DNA from: an uncultured Gemmatimonadales bacterium
GTDB lineage: Bacteria; Gemmatimonadota; Gemmatimonadetes; Gemmatimonadales; Gemmatimonadaceae
Length of the DNA stretch: 64,000 nucleotides
Assembly (NCBI GenBank): GCA_963850905.1
Contig: CAWKMU010000003.1
Location: forward strand, 1,088,001-1,152,000
Direction of reading: 5' to 3'
Shown here: positions 57,219 through 64,000 of the stretch, one piece after another
Position numbering within the stretch: position 1 is the stretch's first letter
Layout of the letters: each line of letters opens with the position of its first letter
Position numbers and translations under genes: made by a program
The notes under the pieces: generated by a model
Told to the model about the DNA's origin: nothing
Database searches by the model: none
Seen by the model: only the letters and a program-made list of their open reading frames with translations

Positions 57219-58985
57219 TCAACGAAAAAGCAGGTTCAGCGCCAACACCAGGGCGAGTACGACAACCGCGAGAACCGCCGGGCGGTCGTACCAGCGCAGA
57301 CTGGTGTCATCAATCTTTGGTGTGAGAGCATAGACCAGACCCCGGAGCTCGCCATCGGGTCGGGGGCTGGTCACGAGGCTCACCGCGATCGTGACGAGGA
57401 AGCATGTAAGCCACGCCACAATGGCCGTCCAGAACGACTGTGCGAGCTCACTCGGGTAGGTCCAGAGCGTGCCGAGGTAGCCGCCTTTGACGCCGACCGG
57501 CGCGCCGGCTGGGAGAGAGAGACCGTGATGGACGGCGGCCGCGAGCGTGCCGGCGACGAGCCCAGTGAAGGCGCCGTGGCCGGTGGTCCGCTTCCACGAC
57601 ATGCCGAGTATGAACGTCGCGAACAGCGGTGCGTTGACGAACGCGAACACCAGCTGCAGGAAATCCATGATGTCATTGAACGAGGCCGCCACGTAGGCCG
57701 TCGCGATCGACAGGAGAATGCCGGCGACGGTTGCGGCTCGGCCCATCTGGAGATAGTGGCGGTCCGATGCATGCGGGCGCAGGTATGTCTGATAGAGATC
57801 GTAGGTCCAGACCGTGTTGAACGCGGTGACGTTCCCCGCCATTCCCGACATGAAGGACGCGATGAGCGCCGTCAACCCGAGTCCCAGCATCCCGGCAGGA
57901 AAGAGGTGGACCAGCATCATCGGCGTCGCCAGGTCGTAATCCAGCAGGGGGTGGCCGCTGGCGTCGAGGACAATGCTGCCGGTGGTCGGGTTGGTCTGTG
58001 GCGGGATCAGCCCGACCGAGCCAAGCAGAGGATGGACGCCACCTGCCCGCGTGCTCGCGAGCACGAGCGCGATCATCCCCGGAAGGATCACGATGAACGG
58101 CATGGCCATCTTGGGCAGCGCCGCGAGCAGCGGCGTGCGGCGCGCGGCGTTCATCGAGTCGGCGGCCATCGCCCGCTGGACGACCAGGAAGTCCGTGCAC
58201 CAGTAGCCAAACGACAGGACGAAGCCCAGGCCCATCACGAGTCCGATCCAGTCGACGCCGATCGGGTTCGTCGCGGCGTGACCCAGTCCGGCCCACGCGT
58301 GCGTGTAGGCGCCCGGTGCCAGGCCGCGCGCGCTCGCCACCACGGCGAGCCTCGATTCGAGACCCGACCATCCGCCGACGGCACGCAGGCCGATGTAGGA
58401 CAGCGGCAAGAACCCGAGTACGATGAGAAAGAACTGCAGCACCTCGTTGTAGATCGCGCTCGTCAGTCCCCCCAGCACGATGTACCCGAGCACGATACCG
58501 GCAGAGACGAGCACACTCATGTCGAAGCTCCAGCCGAGCAGCAGATGGAGCAGCTTGCCCATTGCGTCCATCGAGATGCCGGAGGAAAAGACCGTCATCA
58601 CGGCGAACGATGCCGCGTTGAAGGTGCGCGTTTTCTCGTCGAACCGCAGGCGCAGGTATTCGGGGACGGAGCGTGCGCGCGATCCGTAGTAGAATCGCAT
58701 CATGAATACACCCACGAAGACCATCGCGGGGATCGCGCCGATCCAGTAGAAATGGCTCGTGGCAATGCCGTACTTGGCGCCTGACGCGCTCATGCCAATG
58801 ACTTCCTGGGCGCCGAGATTGGCAGACAGGAATGCGAGCCCCGTCACCCAAGCCGGCAAGGCGCGCCCCGACAGGAAGAAATCGTTGGCCGTGCGCGTCG
58901 ACCGGCGGAGAGCCCAGCCTACGCCGAGCACCACGACGAAGTACGCCGCCATGACGGCGTAGTCGATCCACGCGAGGCTAGCCAC
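57219..58985 (-). CDS. Sodium:solute symporter family protein
   Basis: DFFLSGR, SANLGA, SVPEYLRLRF, GGLTSAIY, VVQRAMAA, many TM segments. Confidence 0.93.
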   Translation of the reverse strand: MASLAWIDYAVMAAYFVVVLGVGWALRRSTRTANDFFLSGRALPAWVTGLAFLSANLGAQEVIGMSASGAKYGIATSHFYWIGAIPAMVFVGVFMMRFYYGSRARSVPEYLRLRFDEKTRTFNAASFAVMTVFSSGISMDAMGKLLHLLLGWSFDMSVLVSAGIVLGYIVLGGLTSAIYNEVLQFFLIVLGFLPLSYIGLRAVGGWSGLESRLAVVASARGLAPGAYTHAWAGLGHAATNPIGVDWIGLVMGLGFVLSFGYWCTDFLVVQRAMAADSMNAARRTPLLAALPKMAMPFIVILPGMIALVLASTRAGGVHPLLGSVGLIPPQTNPTTGSIVLDASGHPLLDYDLATPMMLVHLFPAGMLGLGLTALIASFMSGMAGNVTAFNTVWTYDLYQTYLRPHASDRHYLQMGRAATVAGILLSIATAYVAASFNDIMDFLQLVFAFVNAPLFATFILGMSWKRTTGHGAFTGLVAGTLAAAVHHGLSLPAGAPVGVKGGYLGTLWTYPSELAQSFWTAIVAWLTCFLVTIAVSLVTSPRPDGELRGLVYALTPKIDDTSLRWYDRPAVLAVVVLALVLALNLLFR

Positions 58986-59023
58986 GCGGCGTGTGGTTAG
59001 GGATTGGGGTGTGGCTGAAAGGC

Positions 59024-59055
59024 GGGGTCAGGGATCAGGGGTCGGGGGTCAGGGA
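59024..59055. repeat. Heptamer tandem array (GGGGTCA type), one-armed
   Basis: GGGGTCA GGGATCA GGGGTCG GGGGTCA GGGA. Confidence 0.7.
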
Positions 59056-59292
59056 ACCACAACGACACCTTCATGCCGCGGCTTACTGCGTAGCATTTCT
59101 GGAGGTTGAATAACGCATTCGTCGGTCGATCGGGGGAGAGGCGGATCGGCCGTTCGTGCGATACCTGCGGCAATCGCCGCCCACCATCATGACAACGTCG
59201 CCGCATTGGTTCGCCGCGGACGGTGCGGCACCTCAGGGCGACGCATTGCGTCGCCCCTACCCGCCGCGGTGCAAGTGCCGTTGAAAGTCCTT

Positions 59293-59321
59293 GTTACCCG
59301 TTACCCGTCACCCGTCACCCG
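59293..59321. repeat. Heptamer tandem array (T[TC]ACCCG)x4
   Basis: GTTACCC GTTACCC GTCACCC GTCACCC G, just before the protease ATG. Confidence 0.7.
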
Positions 59322-59339
59322 GCTTCTTGCCGTTCCCCC

Positions 59340-60272
59340 ATGCCTAACTCCCTCGAATCCCTCTCCAACGATCTCGTCGCCGCAGTCGACGAGGTTGCCC
59401 CTGCCGTCGTCGCCGTCCATGCCAGGCGGCGCATCCCATCAACGGGCGTGCTCTGGCAGGCCGGAGTGATCGTAGCCGCGGACCACACGGTGCGAACGGA
59501 CGACGAAGTAGCGATCACCCTGGCCGATGGGTCGGAAGTACGCGGACAAGTCGCCGGCCGCGACCCGACCACGGATCTCTGCGTGCTGAAGCTGGCGGCT
59601 GGCTCATCGGCAGCGGCGAGTCGTCCGGCGACGATCGACGAGACGCCTGTCCGGGTCGGCCTCCTCGCGTTGACGGTCGGGCGTCCGGGACGTGAGGTCA
59701 CCGCCGCGATGGGGATCGTCTCAGCGGCGGGACCCGCGTGGCGCACTGCGAACGGTGGCCGCGTCGACCAATTCATTCACCTGGACATCTCGATCTACGA
59801 CGGTTACTCAGGCAGCCCACTCGTCACCGCATTGGGACAGGTCGCCGGGATCTGTACCTCGGGATTGGCGCGGGGCGCGCCTCTCGTTGTGCCGGCCGCG
59901 ACCGTGCACCGTGTGGTCGATAGCCTCCTCGCACACGGCGGCGTCACCCGACGGGGCTTCCTCGGCGTGGGCACCCAACTCGTCCCGCTGCCCGATAGCA
60001 TCCGTCAGCAGTTGAAGCCCATCGGAGGCCGAGTGCCAACGACAGGCCTGATGATCGTGTCGGTGCAGGCGGGAACTTCTGCCGATCGCGGCGGCATGCT
60101 CTTAGGTGATGTGCTCATCGGCCTTGGCGATGAGGCGATCGAGGATCCACGCGACGTCTTGGCGGCACTCGGGCCCGAGTCCGTGGGGCGGGAGCTCCGC
60201 GCTACGGTCATCAGGGCCGGGCGTGCGATGACCCTTACGGTCACGGTGAGCGCTCATCCGCCCCGGAGCTGA
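59340..60272 (+). CDS. S1C trypsin-like serine protease with PDZ domain
   Basis: AADH, DPTTDL, GYSGSP triad; RGFLGV...GDVL PDZ. No signal peptide. Confidence 0.88.
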   Translation: MPNSLESLSNDLVAAVDEVAPAVVAVHARRRIPSTGVLWQAGVIVAADHTVRTDDEVAITLADGSEVRGQVAGRDPTTDLCVLKLAAGSSAAASRPATIDETPVRVGLLALTVGRPGREVTAAMGIVSAAGPAWRTANGGRVDQFIHLDISIYDGYSGSPLVTALGQVAGICTSGLARGAPLVVPAATVHRVVDSLLAHGGVTRRGFLGVGTQLVPLPDSIRQQLKPIGGRVPTTGLMIVSVQAGTSADRGGMLLGDVLIGLGDEAIEDPRDVLAALGPESVGRELRATVIRAGRAMTLTVTVSAHPPRS

Positions 60273-60275
60273 TCG

Positions 60276-60914
60276 ATGCCTTCGTTGAGCGACTACGCGA
60301 CCGACGATCTCGCGGGTGTGGCGGAGGCGCTTCGTCGCGTCACCGTGGTGATCAGCATCGAGCCCACGTCACGGCGGTCCGAGCCCACGGGCCGCGGCTC
60401 GGGGATCATTTGGTCGAGCGACGGAACGATCGTGACCAACGCGCATGTCGCGACCGCGGACCGCGCGGTGATCACCCTGGCAGACGGGCGACGAGCGACG
60501 GCGCGTGTTGCGGCGCGCGATCGGCGACGCGATCTGGCGGTCTTGCGAGTGGATCGCCAGGCGATCTCTGATCCTCTGCCGGTCCCGGTGCTCCGCCGTC
60601 CGTCGACCCTGCAGGCGGGGGAGCTCCTGCTGGCGCTCGGGCACCCCTTTGGCATCGAGCACGCATTGGCGATCGGCGTCGTGCACGTCGCGCCCGACGC
60701 GCAGCGCTCACCCTACGTGGTCGCCGACATTCGATTGGCACCTGGCAATTCCGGCGGGCCGCTGGCCGACGCAAAGGGTCGAATTGTGGGCGTGAATAGT
60801 ATGATCGTCGGTGGCTTGGGGGTCGCGATCTCGACAGATGTCGTGCGGCGTCTCGTTGCGCGCGTGGCCAACGCGGTTCGCGGGCGGCCTTCGATGGACC
60901 GGGACGCCGCCTAG
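60276..60914 (+). CDS. S1C trypsin-like serine protease without PDZ
   Basis: GSGIIW, TNAHV, DLA, PGNSGGP. No signal peptide. Confidence 0.88.
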   Translation: MPSLSDYATDDLAGVAEALRRVTVVISIEPTSRRSEPTGRGSGIIWSSDGTIVTNAHVATADRAVITLADGRRATARVAARDRRRDLAVLRVDRQAISDPLPVPVLRRPSTLQAGELLLALGHPFGIEHALAIGVVHVAPDAQRSPYVVADIRLAPGNSGGPLADAKGRIVGVNSMIVGGLGVAISTDVVRRLVARVANAVRGRPSMDRDAA

Positions 60915-60930
60915 GACCGGAGATCGCCAG

Positions 60931-61605
60931 ATGATCCGGGTCGCTCTCGTGGCGGACTCGCCGGTCGTCCACGCCGGCCTCGTTGCCCTGCTCGCGTCGG
61001 ACCCCGGCATCGATATCGTCGAATCGAGCGCGGTGTTGGACCCCGTTGTGATCGGCGAATCTCTGCGGGTATCGATGCCAGCTCCGGAGCTGATCGTCTG
61101 GGCCCCGGCTCGCTTCGATCCAGCGGACGGTGCTGGTGCTCTGGACGCGGGAGAGTTCGGTGCGGGCCCGTTCACGCCTGCACTTGTCGTGCTCCTGCCG
61201 ATCGTCGACGTCGCGACGGTCGGCGAGGCGATACGTGCGGGCGCCCGCGCCGTGTTGCCTGCCGACGCGGATCGCGACGAGTTGGTCGCCGCAATTCACG
61301 CGGTCGCGGCCGGCCTCGGTGCGGTGCCGCGCACGCTGCTGCCAGACCTCGTCGGCGCACAAAACGCCACCCGCGAGAACGCTGGAGCGGTGTCGGACGC
61401 CGCGTCGCCGGCGCTAACGCAGCGCGAGCGCGAAGTGTTGGCCTTGCTCGTCGACGGCCGGGCCAACAAGGTGATCGCCGCACGGCTCGGCATCAGCGAG
61501 CACACGGTGAAGACACACATCGCGTCGTTGTACGAGAAACTGGGGACACGGAATCGCGCGGAAGCTGTCGTGGCCGCCGCGCGCCGAGGGTTGGTGATCC
61601 TCTAA
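60931..61605 (+). CDS. LuxR/NarL family regulator with degenerate receiver domain
   Basis: GGAG RBS, LTQREREVL...NKVIAARLGISEHTVKTH HTH. The receiver appears to lack the phospho-Asp (ELIVWA) and the conserved Lys (AVLPA). Confidence 0.88.
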   Translation: MIRVALVADSPVVHAGLVALLASDPGIDIVESSAVLDPVVIGESLRVSMPAPELIVWAPARFDPADGAGALDAGEFGAGPFTPALVVLLPIVDVATVGEAIRAGARAVLPADADRDELVAAIHAVAAGLGAVPRTLLPDLVGAQNATRENAGAVSDAASPALTQREREVLALLVDGRANKVIAARLGISEHTVKTHIASLYEKLGTRNRAEAVVAAARRGLVIL

Positions 61606-62723
61606 CTGGACCTCGATACCGTGCCCGATCCTCTGCGCGTCGCGCCGGCCGACGCCGTACGTCGCCTGTCCCCCTTTCTCCTTTCTCCTCGTTCGGGCGC
61701 CCAAGGGGCGTCCGCTGCTGCCTCGGCCTCCGGCTCGGACACGAACAGGTTCAATCCCAGTTGCTGAGCGAGGAAATTCGCAACGAGCTGTCCCTTGACG
61801 CTGTTGCCTGCCTTGTCGAGCAGCGGCGCGAAGTTGCCGAGCGCTCCTTTCCCGGGCGCGACCGCGACGATGCCACCACCGATACCGCTCTTGCCGGGCA
61901 GGCCGATGTCGAAGAGCCAATCACCCGAGGTCTCGTACAGGCCGGCCGTTGCCATCACCGCGAGCGCATAGCGGCAACTGTCGGCATCGACGACCCGCTC
62001 CTTCGTCAGCGGATTGACGCCGCCGTCGGCCAGTGTCGCGCCCATCACCGCGAGATCCTTTGACGACACGTTCAACGAACACTGCTTGGTGTACAGGTCG
62101 GTCGCCTCGGCGGCGTCCATTTCGATACGGCCATAGCTCTTGAGAAGGCGAGCCATGCTTTGGTTTCGATCGTTGGTATCCGAGGCCGAATTGTACACTT
62201 CCGCGTTGAGCGGAAGCGTGCGGCCAGCGAACTGAGACAGGCCGTCATGGATGAAGCGCCACTTGGCATCGAGGCTCGCGCCAGGCACCAGGCTCGTCGT
62301 CGCAATCGCGCCCGCATTGACCATGGGGTTGGTCCTGCCGGCGGGGTTGCGCTCGATCGCGGTCAGTGAGTTGAAGGGCAGCCCGGTGCTGTTCACGCCG
62401 AGCTTCTCGCGGGCTTGCTCGGCCCCAAGTGATTGACATACCAACGCAAACACGAACGGTTTGGAGACGCTCATGATCGCGAACTCGTAGTCGGAATTCC
62501 CGGCCGCGTAGATCCTGCCGCTCGTACCGACCACGCATATCCCGAACAGCTTTTTCGGCACCGCAGCGAGCGCCGGATACACCTGCGAGTTCGTGCCTTC
62601 GGTGTTGGACTTGAAGCGCTCGTACGCGTCGCGAACGAGTGCCTGCACTTGCTCGGGAGACGGCAAGTGTCCGGTCGACACATAGGAACTTTCGGCGTGG
62701 CTGACGCTGGATCCCGTGCTCAT
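61602..62723 (-). CDS. glsA: Glutaminase A
   Basis: YPAL, MSVSKPF, NPMVNAGAI, GLYETSG, PGKSGIGGG, GNSVKG. GGAG precedes ATG 62723. Confidence 0.93.
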   Translation of the reverse strand: MSTGSSVSHAESSYVSTGHLPSPEQVQALVRDAYERFKSNTEGTNSQVYPALAAVPKKLFGICVVGTSGRIYAAGNSDYEFAIMSVSKPFVFALVCQSLGAEQAREKLGVNSTGLPFNSLTAIERNPAGRTNPMVNAGAIATTSLVPGASLDAKWRFIHDGLSQFAGRTLPLNAEVYNSASDTNDRNQSMARLLKSYGRIEMDAAEATDLYTKQCSLNVSSKDLAVMGATLADGGVNPLTKERVVDADSCRYALAVMATAGLYETSGDWLFDIGLPGKSGIGGGIVAVAPGKGALGNFAPLLDKAGNSVKGQLVANFLAQQLGLNLFVSEPEAEAAADAPWAPERGERRKGDRRRTASAGATRRGSGTVSRSS

Positions 62724-62870
62724 TGGTCGCTCCAAGCTCTGCCATCGCATAGTCGCCCGTACCGCTGCCGACCGGCTATTGGACAAAAGCACTGCTTGAA
62801 AACACGCGGCTTGGGTCGTCCGTCACGGCGTAGCGCCGTGTCGTCGGCATCCACGAAGGGTCGGGGGATG

Positions 62871-62930
62871 GACGTCAGACGTCAGACGCTAGACGCTGGA
62901 CGCTGGAGAACCAACCGAACGGACGGTTGG
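62871..62930. repeat. One-armed heptamer array plus hairpin
   Basis: GACGTCA GACGTCA GACGCTA GACGCTG GACGCTG, then CCAACCG-N6-CGGTTGG. Confidence 0.7.
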
Positions 62931-63015
62931 AGTGCACCGCGACGGGTCGATAGCCAGGTGGGGTGCCTCGGGAGAGACACCCCACACAAGACGAACTGGC
63001 TACCGGAGGCCAGGA

Positions 63016-64000
63016 TCAGCGTGTCATGCGGCGCACGGGTGCGCTTCGGACAGCGGCGAGGGGCGATTGGGTCGAAGCATGCCGCCCACCGCCGAGAACG
63101 CTGTACATTGGCACGCCGGCCGGCGGCGGAACGAAGGCGATGGACGTCGGCACGTCACCAGAAGGCCCGAATGTAGATGCGGGAACTCCGAACGTCCCCG
63201 TGGTAGTGGGGAGCTCTACTTTCGCAACCACCCCCACCGTCCCCGAGAGCCCGTTCGACTGCACGAGCCACAGGTTGCCCGCCCCGTCGAATGCGACCGA
63301 CGTGATCGGAGTCATGCCGCCGCTGACCTCAACGATCGCGAACGGTGATGGGGCGCTGTTGTGCTGGATGTTGCCCAATTGGGCAGGGGTATACACGTAG
63401 AAACCGTAGGGGACTCCGGTGCCGAGGAACGACACCCACTGGTTGCCACTCGGGTCGAAGGCGATGGCACTCGGCTGCGCGCTGGCGTTCGGACCGACAT
63501 GCATGAAGCCAGAGGCCTGTCCGTTAAACCCTGAGCCGGAGAGCTGTCCTGGAAGCAGTTTGTACACGACCGACGTGGCGGCGTCTGCGATCCACATGTT
63601 GCCAGTGGCGTCGAAGGCGACCGCAGCGAGTTGTGCGTTGGTGACGTTTCCACCATTCGCCACGCTCGTGACCTGCAGCTTATAGGTCGGGTCAGCATCG
63701 ACGGGGTTCGCCGCGAGTGCGCTTGCCGAGTACCCATACAGCCAGCCCGAGTTATTGAAGTCCACCGCCCACAGCGTCTGGCTCACATTGAAGGCCATTC
63801 CACTCGGCTGTATTTGGTTTGTGGGGAGACCCGTACCGGCGATCTTGATCGACAGGTCGGAGCCCGTGCTCCCCAAATGGGCGGCCTTCTTTTCGTAGAG
63901 CGTGCCCGCCGACGGCGATGACAACCAGAGGTCGGCCTGCTGGTCGGCGGCGAGATAGCCAAGCCCGGTGACGTTGCTCGTCACCTTGTTGAACGTTCCG
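63016..64000 (-). CDS. NHL-like beta-propeller repeat protein (5' truncated by window)
   Basis: Repeated AFDATGNMW, AFDPSGNQW, AFDGAGNLW blades. Confidence 0.75.
   Translation of the reverse strand, partial: GTFNKVTSNVTGLGYLAADQQADLWLSSPSAGTLYEKKAAHLGSTGSDLSIKIAGTGLPTNQIQPSGMAFNVSQTLWAVDFNNSGWLYGYSASALAANPVDADPTYKLQVTSVANGGNVTNAQLAAVAFDATGNMWIADAATSVVYKLLPGQLSGSGFNGQASGFMHVGPNASAQPSAIAFDPSGNQWVSFLGTGVPYGFYVYTPAQLGNIQHNSAPSPFAIVEVSGGMTPITSVAFDGAGNLWLVQSNGLSGTVGVVAKVELPTTTGTFGVPASTFGPSGDVPTSIAFVPPPAGVPMYSVLGGGRHASTQSPLAAVRSAPVRRMTR

Noticed and set aside
61602..62723. Dedicated acid-resistance island (glutaminase, ClC, arginase)
   Set aside because: The genes are tens of kb apart, with no antiporter or decarboxylase adjacent.

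Overview
GC-rich bacterial chromosome segment with about 50 protein genes and no rRNA, tRNA, CRISPR array, transposase or phage gene that I can recognise. The gene content (XoxF-type PQQ dehydrogenase, Ser/Thr kinase with beta-propeller, VPS10/BNR proteins, pilin-like domain style) suggests Gemmatimonadota or a similar soil lineage; this is inference. Recognisable modules: PQQ dehydrogenase plus cytochrome c; CHAT protease facing an ECF sigma/zinc anti-sigma pair; MarR, ClC and msrB-cytochrome b-molybdoenzyme; copA-csoR with a clear CsoR operator; arginase; a two-component system with a sigma-54 activator; an EF-G paralog; tandem VPS10 proteins; symporter plus alpha-galactosidase; two trypsin-like proteases with a pseudo-receiver LuxR regulator; glutaminase. 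The main non-genic signal is about 11 intergenic elements (most palindromic, two one-armed) built from 7-bp tandem arrays, in which the heptamer changes between copies while the architecture and part of the core persist. A separate GTAG-type REP/REPIN family is also present. Seven genes have a TANNNT box 6-7 nt before an ATG with no Shine-Dalgarno (leaderless-type starts), as does a 15-aa uORF overlapping the arginase start. Three genes carry single +1 frameshifts, probably assembly errors.
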